From Tubiluchus corallicola (Eukaryota; Animalia; Priapulida): a DNA stretch of 64,000 nucleotides. The stretch covers positions 124,001 through 188,000 of the forward strand of contig JAQGDQ010000156.1 in the NCBI GenBank assembly GCA_030141605.1, read 5' to 3'. Under the pieces are notes generated by a model that did not search any database, was not told the origin of the DNA, and was given only the letters and a program-made list of their open reading frames with translations. Below, piece after piece: positions 40,401 to 52,400 of the stretch. The translations under genes were made by a program, and so were the position numbers. Each line of letters begins with the position of its first letter. The first letter of the stretch is position 1.

Positions 40401-43400
40401 CACTCACGTTAAATGGCAGTTGAAAACTGGATAAGCTGTATGGAGAAAGTTTGTTTATTTAATGTCTGTAACTGAGGCTAAAACAGTAACTATTATTGAA
40501 GCTGATGCTCCTTTGTATCTACTTTATACAGGTGAGAAAATTGTAGTCAGAATGGCCATTAAATAGGTTTTTATGTTGCATGTTTTGTGTCTTTTATTGG
40601 ACTGGTGTGCCATGCCATGCTACTTGAAAAATAGTAACTATGTCTGAGGCTGTCACCGTCTTGAATTTGCTTTTACAGATTAGAACATTATACATTGATG
40701 GTACAATACCGAGCAGGTGGCCGGGTCATTTATCAGAGTCCATCCAGGGCGCTTGGCTAAATGCCAATAGACGGCTGAATCCAAATGTGGATGCTAGTGT
40801 TGTGAACACAGAAGTGGGCAAGAACCAATTAGGTGGTACCGTTACGAAGGTCAACTATATTGTTTCTCTCAATGCGACAGATCCCGACCTTGTTCTTAAT
40901 GCCATTGAACCAACCAGTGAAGCGTACAATAAATATCTGTCTCCAAGCAAGATCTGCCCGTGTAATTTTGGCAAGGATTTTACGGTTTTTGTATTGACAG
41001 ACGGAGAGTTTAAAGACGGCAAAAATGGGGTAATCGAAGATAGCATAAAAGAAGCATGGAAAGCAGCAAATCCATCGATACCATTTGATTTGTACGATAT
41101 AAGGCTTACTGATGTCAGCAGCTCATATGTCACTGTCGGTACGGATAATACTCAATCAGTAACTATGTTACAGTATGTAGTTACACTAGACAAACAATAC
41201 GAATACCTCTGGTTTAACCTTGTGCCACCCAGCGACTCCCTGCTCACGGAATCCTTTACAAAGTTAGGTTTCCTTCACAAGGTACCAGAAGCCACGGTAC
41301 AAAGGGCTCTGTATCTTGATGTCATGGGACCTATTGCATCGGACGAAGATTTGGGTAAAATAGCTCAGGGGTTGAAGACAGATTGGATCTACTATGACCG
41401 AAGGCTGACTGAATGCACGCAGAAGAATACGTGTGAGTTTGACTTATGGTGGTTGAATGCAGAGAAATATGTAGGATTGCACGGTTCACCGGTAACTAGA
41501 CTGTACTACGCCTTGCGATTAAATGGAACAACCATGGCGTCCCTTGAACGACCAGGAACTGACTTCACTCTTAATCTTCAAGCTTTAATTAGAAATCTCG
41601 GACTACGGTATTATTTGTACTTGAACGAAGACACAGTAAAACTGGACACTGGGTTCTCCACGCTCGTTCCAGCTGAAGCAGGCGCCAACATGTACAACTT
41701 AACCAACTTCAAGAACTTCTTGACCAGAGCCTGGTTGGCACAGCAACTAAGTCCTTGTAAAGACGTCCTGGCTAAACAGTGTGCTAACTCGTCACAGTGC
41801 ATACCAGCTCAGAAGATTTGCGACAACGTGCCGGACTGCGCAGATGGAAGCGACGAAGCCATTTGCAGCAAAAATTACAAAGTTGATATCTTCAGCTCCA
41901 CGCGGGAAAATTGCTTAAGTACAGATGATTCGTTGATGCGAATTCATTATTTCTTGTATGATAACAATAACCTAGTTCCTTCTCAGTTAATACAACCCGA
42001 TGTGATGTTCAGCGTGAACATCTTCTTCGATGCTTACTTCCGCGAAATGTACCAGATGTCGCCAATCAACTGTTTACTATCAACAAAGGTCAGAGACGTT
42101 TACATTGATCTTCCAATAACCGATTGGGAAAAGGATACTCAACTTCAGAGCAAATTGCTAGCAGGGTTGAAGATGTACTGGAGAGACTTAGCCGAATCAA
42201 AAGTGTCGTCGCCCGTAGTTACCATTCATTTGCAGGACGCATCTGAGTATAGAAGCAACAGCAGTGTACCCGTGGTGCGCGTATATTATACTGTTACCAT
42301 TAATGGCACTGATCCAGCCATGCACCAGATCTTTGAGCCAGATTTAGAGATCATCTTGGCTAGAGCCTTACAGAGTCATGGCATCTTCTTATGCATGACC
42401 TGCTATCCACAGAAGTTGCTCTCGTTGCAAATTCTGGAGCCATTATATCCACTGGATAATTCTGCTTTGGAAGCAACCCTGAAAGAAGTGATGCCGCAGT
42501 CTCTCTTCCTCGAGGGACTGACAGGAAATCTCAAGGTCATGTTGGACGGTGTAAGAGACGGATATCGGCCGGGTCTGAAGACGATACGGTATCGTTTCAA
42601 CATGGACGACCAACTGTTGAACAACTTTTTATTGACTAGCGACATAACAACGGGACAGTTGTATGCCGATGCGCTCCGAAGAAGACATGGCATAACATTA
42701 TGCGGTAGTAACAACCCATTCTGTATCGACAGCGGTCAATTGCTGATTCCTGGACCTCTAACACCTGATGACTACGAGAACATAATGCTTGGCATACAAG
42801 ATGCTTGGTACAACAGAAATAAAGGTAAAGTTGCAATACGTTCTATATTTAAAAATGTCATTTTACTTCCATTCAATCTAAACTTGCTATTGACACGAAG
42901 TGCAAAGAATTGAATGATTTTTAGTAACAAGAAATTTGAACAAAATTTCTGACTTTTAGTTGTGAAGACCTTTTGGGGCCTTTAGGCTAATGAAATTATG
43001 TGTCCCTCTCAGACGGAACCACACTCAAACAAGGGTCCTTTATGTCATATATGGGGCCACAAACAGGAGACTTTTTAAAATAGGGTTTCCAAATTTCTGC
43101 ACCTCCTTTTTTAAAGTTGAAATTTTATTTTAAGTTAAATGAATTATTCAGCAATGCAAAATCTTAAAATATTATGCTCGTTTTTTTTAAATATATTTGA
43201 AAATCTTTTAGCTAGGGGCCCTAGGGCGCAGCATATACTAGCCCCTAGGATAATTTCCCCCGGGAAGTAATATATACCATAGTTGTACTGTAAGTATGTA
43301 TCATGTATTATGGTACTCTGCAACACATGACAGTAATGTATAATGCTTTAGTAAAATTATGTGTAATCAAGGCACTAATTTGAAATTAATTTATCTTTTC

Positions 43401-46400
43401 TTCTTCACATTCACACAACATTCATTTACTTGTCATTTTTGCTTTTTTCTTTCTTAACTAAATTCTATTCAAAATGAAAAAAATAGCCTGTGCTGTCATA
43501 CTACAGTCAGAACAGTATCTGAGGGTGATTTATTGTTGCTAACATTTCTCAAATTACACTTTCTTGATTACTTTTTCTTCTTTCAGCTCTTGTGAACAAG
43601 ACAACCGGTACTGCATTCAATACGAGAGAGGAGCAGTTTGTCGTTATTCCAACACTGCCATCCGACGAATTCTACGTTGGTGACCTCAAGTACGTACCTA
43701 CTTTTCTCATTACTTCTGTTTTACATTTTGTTTTAATCTCGATAATTGTTAAAACTGGTAAAGTCTGAAAGGTAATTGGTCACCCTTTCTTAACTATTCT
43801 ACAGCTTAGTTTAGATGTAGTTTTATTGCAATAACAATAATTACAATACGGCTAGACAAGGCAATTTTATAACCGATGAACATTCTCGCAAAAATTTTGA
43901 TAAACTTTTTAAAATGATAATCTTCGCCAATATTATCATCGTAATCATCATCACCATCACCACTACTGCCAATGTCGCCATCACTACTATTATCATTGTC
44001 ATTGATGACGCCAGCAAACCATTGAAGACTACAATGAACAGCTGACTTCAGCACCGGTTTTTTGAGACGAAATGTTTAAAATTTGTAGAGAAACGGGTTC
44101 ATATAATTCTTGTAGAAATATTGTTATGATGTCTATTTGTATTTAACATATTGTTCCGGGGTTCAACCCCTGGCGCGTATGCCTTCTGAGGACTAACTCG
44201 GTGGATAGCCTCATTGCCTGCCATCTGTGACGTGGGTAAGCGCTGCATAACTGTACCCAAAAATTAGAAAAAATAAACAAGAAAACCAAAATTTAGAGAT
44301 GAAAAGGGATGACTAAGAAAAAACAAAAAAGCCTTATGAAGAGTCTGAAAAAAACCAACGACAACTGACGATGTCACATGTTCGTCTTTTTTCTACAGGA
44401 AACCACTGCTCAACCAATCGCAGGTGATGTTTCGGGCTTCCTAGTGTAAAGTGGAGATAATATCATTACCTGTAGGTTGGTTAGCCTGGTGCCTATGAAT
44501 AAGTGTAATGCGAATTCACCTGCTCATTATTTACTTAACATCTGTACCATTTTTAGCACAATTGTTGTGGGATATGACTATGACGTGATGATTAATGGAG
44601 AGAGTCCGGAAGAAGCTGGTGCTATCAATCCAAGTAGGGATGAAATAAACGAAGCCATGCTAAATAATGGTAAGATGATTTGCATTTTTTCATACAACCG
44701 CATAAAAGTTATTAATTTATGAGCTTAACATATTTTTTCATCGAGAATTAGTTAGAAAATGGAAAACTCATGGTTTAAGCGGGGGGGGGGGAGTTTCTAA
44801 ATTACTCACTGACGTATTATTGTCACAGATCGGGGGGGGGGTGTAGTTTCTAAATTACCCACTGACGTATTATTGTCATAGATCGAGAATGCACATTGGA
44901 TTTTTTTAACCAAATGTCAGATGTGGCGACAATTTTAAAAGTACTGGCCAAGGTTACAACGAAGCAATTATTTAGAAAGTCACAAAAATGTGCATAGAAC
45001 CATGTTATATGATATCATCAGTATGCATATCTGGTACAAGAAAACATTTACAGAGTGCGATTTTCAAATTATCAGTTCTTTCTGAAATAAGTTTAAAAAC
45101 TTTGCACTCGGCTTTTTAGCTGTTATACCTGCATGATGTTTAAGCTCTTTGTTGTTCAATGAAACTGAAAGAGTTTATTCTTACCTGCTTAGATACTCAG
45201 TGCACTGTCAAATTGCCTGCAAAGGTTTGTAAGATGTAAAAGAATGCAACTGAGCTTATTAATCAGTAGTAATTTGTTTCTTGATCATTGTTATGTTGCT
45301 TGTTTGCAATGTGCTAACTATTAACATACACAGTATAGGGTAAGGTGGGGTGAAATGGGTGTAGGCCAATTTTTGAAAAAAATTTCGCGTGAGTCGGCCA
45401 GAATGGTTTTGTTGCTACAGTGAGAAGTTTTACTAAAGTAATTAAGTAAGTTTATTAGTTTATCACCATTTTTAAAATAGCAAAATACATAACTAACAGA
45501 TTTATAAATCTATACAACATACAATAATATTACAAAGTGCAAAAGTAATTACTGATTAGTGGTGAAAGGGTGGCGAAAGAACTATAAGTTATCGAGGTCA
45601 GCCACCCTCTCAGGATTGTTACTAATATAATTAATTAGTTAATGTTCATGTATCAGGTAATAAAATATTATCAGATTTTGCATTTAAGACGAATGAAAAT
45701 TGAACGTTATACGAATGTGTTAGTTTATAATAAAATAATGTTCAATAATGGGAAAGAAGAGACACACGTGACTATCTTTAAATAATAATTTAACCATTAC
45801 GTATTTAAAATTAATGTTATGAGGACCTAGAGCCAAAAGAAGAAAAAAATTAATTTTCCGCTTGTAAACAAACAAACCGAACTAAGAATGCTGAGTTTAA
45901 ATAAAAAAAATCAACGAAATAAAAAGTTCAGTTCTAAAAAATTGCAATTTAGTGAAAAACCTAATCATTTCATACCACCTCCCCCTATGTGATGATAACT
46001 CATGCAGCTGCAGTAATTTGTTAACAAGTGCAAGCGTGTTGCGCGTGTGACGGCTCAAGGTCAATTACGATTATAATTATAAACAAATCATTATAAATGA
46101 AATATGAAGCACAATTTAACAAAAGTATGTGTAGTAGATAATACGAAACATGTTTGATGCAAAAGAAATTTATGTCTTGCAACTGACAAGGTTACCACTT
46201 GATCGATCGCTGCCCTTTCTTCACATTGTTTTTAAATCATTACTTTACAGTGTGTAATGTGTGTCAAGATGAATACATTTTATGTTATGTTGTGTTATGT
46301 TACGTTATGTTGTGATACATTATGTTGTATAATTTATGTTATGTTATGTTACAATTCCTTTGACAACCGTATTAGTGTGATAGGATTTCTTTACTATCTT

Positions 46401-49400
46401 CGGTTGTAATTGGATTATGCTTTGGCTACCTTTTGATGGAGTACATGTACAGCAACTTAAGAATCTTACAGAGAAAATTTATAGAGGCCGTATTTAAAAA
46501 TGATTGCTGCGTTTGTCTTCTTGTTTTGAAACATTTAGATTCAGTTTAATTTAAATATCCCTTATAACGCATGAAACAATCGAGTACATGGCAAAATAAG
46601 TTATTAGTAGTTGGAGAAAGGGTGGCGAAAAACTCTAGAGTTTAACAAAGCAGCCACCCTTTTATTTAAAGTAGATACAAGAAAATCTAGCGACTTAGAT
46701 TTGCAACTTAAACATGCTACACTTGGTAGGACTCAGTATACAAAACCAAATGGAGCAAAAGGCAGAGAGTTAAAAATATGCCAGCCAGACTTCCTTCAAG
46801 TGACATCAGATTGGTGCTATTATGATATCAATCTGTAAATCAATATGATATAATCTGTTTTATTTTGGTAGTAAAAATGCCATTTTTCTGCAACAGGTGT
46901 CGCTTTCGGCATGTACGATGGTAGGATGCTCGTACCAGTTGCGTACAGCTACCCTAAGGTCACGACAACGTACATCCAAGACAAGGTGTCCAGAAAAGAA
47001 GCTGATGAGAGTTTGACGGGAATAAAAAATGCTATCATTAGAAGTGCTGCACTAGATAGAGTGATGAACACAATGGGAGCAGGAACAGCAGACGTTCACG
47101 TGAACGTCCTCGATTACTACAATGATTATATTCAACAAGACAACAAGTAAGTATTGATTTTCATTTCATATGTAATGTATGTAGTGTATGTGGCACTACC
47201 ATTATCAGCAATATTGCCACTTTATTGGTGGCAAAGCATTGTTAAGACTAAACAGACAAAGTCTAGCAATAAAAGTTTGTCTGCTTGCTTTGTCCCTATT
47301 AACTGTTTTAAAAATTGCCTTTTTGTTTGTAATTTCTTGAGAGCATTCACACAAAAATTTAGATGTGTAAGATAAATGAATTCAAAGGAAAGGTCAAGCC
47401 TTCTGGGAAGTTACATTTATTTTGTTGTTTTGTTAGAAGGATTTAGTCATGAAAGTGTGATAAGCGCCTCATGAAATTAGTTTAAAGTCGCGATCATATT
47501 ACACGTTGGCGTTTCAATTTTGAACGACCATTTTTCCACTAGTGACAAAGTTCGTTGGCTAGAAAAAGCAGCGCACTGTTAATCTCCACCAAAAGTATAA
47601 GTTTTTACGAAAAAATCTGGTAGCTAATTTTGTGATATTTTTTGCATGAACATTAGGTAAGCTGCAGAAGTTTCAATTAGTTTAAGAGAGCACGCTTACA
47701 AAAAGTCACGAAATGCACCAGTTACTTCTTAATTTTCAAGTGAACAACGGCTATCACTGCGCATGCAAATTTCAGTACAGCGTTAGTATGAATGAACTTT
47801 TTCATTTATAAATGTTTTTTGCAAATTTTTTTGCTGTATTTTTCTAAATTTGACTGATAACAGTAAAAAACCCAACATGCTAAGTGACTTGTCCTTTTCT
47901 TTAATGTGGATCACTGCTAAGTACAGAAACTCAAGGATTATTCTGAGATATTAATCACATTGATCCTAGCTGAAGATGTATTTTTGACTTATTTTCAGTT
48001 TCGCTACAGTACACAATCGATCGGTGGCTCCATATTTCGTGTACGTAAAAGACTGGCTACTAGATGCGGACCAAGTATCACCATCATGGGATTCTTACAC
48101 ATCGGTAAACTATCATTTATGGTCTCTGCAGTAATCAAAATGTTTTACATTTAAATAAAAACGTTTTATCAGAAAAATAATGTTTATTTCTTTGATCTGC
48201 ATTTTAGCTGTGTCCTGACCCTGCAAACTGATAAAATATGTTAGAATATGAAAAACTGAATAAAAGTGGTGGGAAATTTTAGTTCCATTTCACAAAAGAA
48301 TACAGACGGGATACTGCAATAATGGACTTTCGTTGCAGAAAGCTTGAGCAAGTAAGTGAAGAAATTAACACTTGATTATTACTAAGTGTTATTTTTTCAT
48401 TCTAGGACACGTTAACCAAGCTTCTACCTGTTAGAACATTGAACCTATTTGGGAAAGTAGACAAGAAAGACTGGCCTCTCATCACAACTTCATTAGAAAG
48501 AGCAATTCGTCCACATTATGATGGTAGGTAATTCATTAATATTTGTAAAAAATTGTAACAAATTTTTCACTTACAACAACATTGACAAAACTGTGCACAG
48601 TTGCAAAATGGCAGCAGTTAGGTCAGTTCACTTTGTTCAGTTTTACATTAAGTTTTAAAACCAAAGTTTGTCAGAATGTTGTACAGCATACGTTTTGCTC
48701 TCACTGTTAGGAAGCTGTACAAATGTATTGCCTCCAAATATGTATAAAAGCAAAGACAACACAATTTTCATGCTTTTCTAAATCATTTGCTTGAGGCCAT
48801 GGTTGTTCCAACCTGGGTTGGCATTTTTTACTTGGCATTTGTTTAAACACAATTTTGATTACTATAATTGTAAATGCAAACAACTGGGTACTGCTACCAT
48901 TGAATCACATAACATTTAATTTATGAGTGTGTTTTAAAATTGTGCAAGAGCTCATGAATTTTAACTGCAGAGAGAAAAAATGAGTCCTTTCATTCAAATA
49001 GCGTTTGAGAGATGAGCCGATGTATATAATTACATTTACAGCATAAGATTATATAGTCTAATACATACTTTTTCAGGACAAGAGTTGTACTTAATTGCAA
49101 CTCGTTATCTGATTATACAGTTATACTACAGTAAACTCCACATAACTCAAATCCAACCGGACCAAAAAAAATTTTTGAGTTAGGCGATGTTAACCATTTT
49201 CCAGCATAGAAACTCTACACCTCTCCTCCAGACGATGAGCTAAATAGAAGGCAGAAAGTGAACCGTTCTATACGTAAACGACCAGATTTGATGGCAATTA
49301 CATAAATAATAACAAATTATGTAGTGAAGAACGATTTTCTTATGTTAATAGGACACGTACATGGCACTGACAGTGGGACTACCAATGTTTTACGCACTGC

Positions 49401-52400
49401 AGTTCAGCTTGTGCGTCCCATAATCAGGCGGTGCAACTTGTAAGACATCACAATTTTCCGGAAGATGATACTGTTTTTGAGTTTTATGAAACTTTTATTT
49501 TTCTAGAGTACACTTTGCATTTTTTGAGTTAGGCAAAGTAAATTACATGTATTTTGGCTAAGTGGACCATTTTTTATTTGAGTTAAGCGATGTTCTTTTG
49601 TGGGAAAAATGAAGGATTTCATGCATTCTGCTTTGATTCTTTGAGTTAGGGACGAAAATTTGTTATGCAATTTTGAGTTACGCAAAGTTAAATCATTTTC
49701 ATTTACAGCTTCAAACAATCACTATGTTTATTGTTTTAAAATCTTAAGGATATGTATTTAGGTATTTTCCCTTTCTAGTGTATACATGTGACTTAAGTAA
49801 TATAAAATAATAGCTCTTACAAACTACAGTCCGACTTAAAATGTTATTTGAATTTGAAGAGTATAAGAGTAAAGTGTTATGAATCGCGTAATAAAATATA
49901 TATTCACCTCATAGTAACATGCATGTTCATAATTTCATTCTCACGGTCATAACAAATTAGATTATTAATTAGTAACAAAAAGTATGATTAACACAAAATA
50001 ATTATTTCTTTTCAGTGCCAATTCATGTAAAGATACTACGGCAAGAGGAATATGTTCGAAGAGAATACTTGTGAGTACAGTTAACATTTTTGACAGCTAT
50101 ATGTACATTATTATTTTTATTGCAATAATGAATTTATGTTCAGTTTGTAGAAGAGAAAGTGATTTAGTGCTTTTTATCGTTCTACATAAATTCATTCTTC
50201 TTACTAGATTTAAGGGTCTTGCTTCAGGTACTAAAGTAGTTTAAATTTGAGTGTAGAGAAGGTCGTACACTCATCCTCTAAAACAGTAGTTCCCAACCTT
50301 TTGTTGATGGCGACCCCTTTCCAGAACCCTGCATCATATCACGACCCCACGAAGAACATAATTACATGTTATACTATTACACATCATTATCGTTCGCATT
50401 CATTAATCTTAACTTACTATCCAGCAAATTATTGAATAATGAGTGATTGTTTCATTAGTTCATTCATGTGATGGTTGCGCCTGTTTTCCAGCAACCAGTA
50501 TTACACTGCAATAGGTATCTAAGGAGATCCGACGTAAAATGAATAGCGATATGCTTTCGGGCGGTATACACTGTACAGAACAATGCGCATTTTCATTTTC
50601 CCGCAAATCAAGCACTGGTATACCGCATTTAGAGCGACAAAACCCTGTTTCACTTTCCAGAACAAAATGATGTAATGAGTGACTGAGGAAACAAGTACAT
50701 ACTTCATGAAAACAGCATTTTTTAAAAATAGTTTTTGGACTAGCCCACGAAGGTTGCGAACCCCATGCTCTAAAATAAGACACTAAAATGGAGATTGGAG
50801 AGTCATCCGGTAACCCACGTTTGGATGTGTAGACACTACCTCACTGAGACATTTAGCTTGAGGCAGAATGGCAGATGAAACCTCACAAGAAACAGTGTTC
50901 CTGACAGTCAACCATCCAATTACCAACTACGTTTTATGTTGTATAACTTCTATCAGTTAGAACACACCATGACGATTTTGTCATGGCCCCACCCTATCGT
51001 ATTTTGTTAACTTCTGAAGTGAGCAGAATAGCTGATTGGTCACGATTGTGTCTGCTCAGTTACAAACATAGTTAGTATCATTAAACCTGGTTTGTAAATG
51101 GATAATTACTTCTGGACAGGTTCATCTGCTATACTGCCTCATGTTATTCCTGACAGTGTGAGAAAGTGTACGTACACCCAAGTGTGGCTGAATTGAATGT
51201 CCCTATCTTAGGAGCTTTGTGAGCATTAGCAGCGTAAAACTTGACATTGATTGATAGACCTCCCGCTTTTTGTGTGCTGAACTGCTTAAAAAACTAATGA
51301 GCTTTATAATAAGTATATAAACAGTTATATAAATTTTAACGTATGTTTTATGCACATATTGTAGTTTTTGACAATAATCAATGTTATTAAAAAAGCTTCA
51401 ATAGGTTCAACATACGACGGGATTTCCCTTTATTTAAACACCATTCATAAGTTAACAAAATTAGAACTCACTCAAATTATTATCACTCAAAATTAGAACT
51501 CAGATTCATCAGTTAGTAATCACGCTTACACCATGAAGAAAATTTATTTAAAATCTGCCAAACAGTACAAATCAGTTGCACAAAGCAATATCGAATCAAT
51601 TCAAATTAAAGGATGTGTTTAATATTGGCCATTATTTACTGTTACCTGCTCTTAGAAGGCAGGTATTTTTAAGCCACAAACTGACTTGTACACTCATATC
51701 TCGGTTTGCCGGATATCAGAAAATTCGGACAAAATCTGGTCCGTTAAAAAGTCCTGCATACTACGGAGACAGTCAGCTATTTCTCGAGCTGACCGCTAAT
51801 TGGTGGGCCGTTACCTACTTTACATCCAAACAGCATGTAATGACATGCGTATAGCTTATATATCAGCATGTTTAATAGTTTAATCAGAGTGTGCAAGTAG
51901 TTTAGAGTCAATTATGCCGAGTTATTTGAGTCAATTGCCTATATTTTTGCATAGGAGCGGCACCTACTATGGTTTTTAAGACAATTAGGCTATCGATTCT
52001 ACATTACCATGAGTTTAATACACACCTATTATAGTATCGGAAATACCCGGACATTCGGACCGATGTCTCCCCGCTTTTATCGGGCAAACAGAGACATGAG
52101 TGTGTGTACGGTGCCTGCAATTCACAATTCAGTTTTACAAGACAATTCTTCGCGTTCCACATCGACCAGCAACTGTTTTATAATCTCACGAACTTCGCCG
52201 GCTTGTTTCTCGTATTCCTTTACTGCTGCTTCAGTGGTCTTTACCACTTTCCAAACGTGAATGTCAATTATCAGCTTCATAAAGTCGGCAATTTTTATGT
52301 CACCTTCTTTTACGTTTAGACAGACAAATGGGCACTTTGGGCTGTGTTTTTTATGCTCCTCCCACGGATCGTCCTCTGGGTCCCAGCAATTGAGCTCTTT

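Noticed and set aside
44150-44260. tRNA gene suggested by the B-box-like GGTTCAACCCC
   Set aside because: No A-box or cloverleaf could be built; at most a SINE remnant
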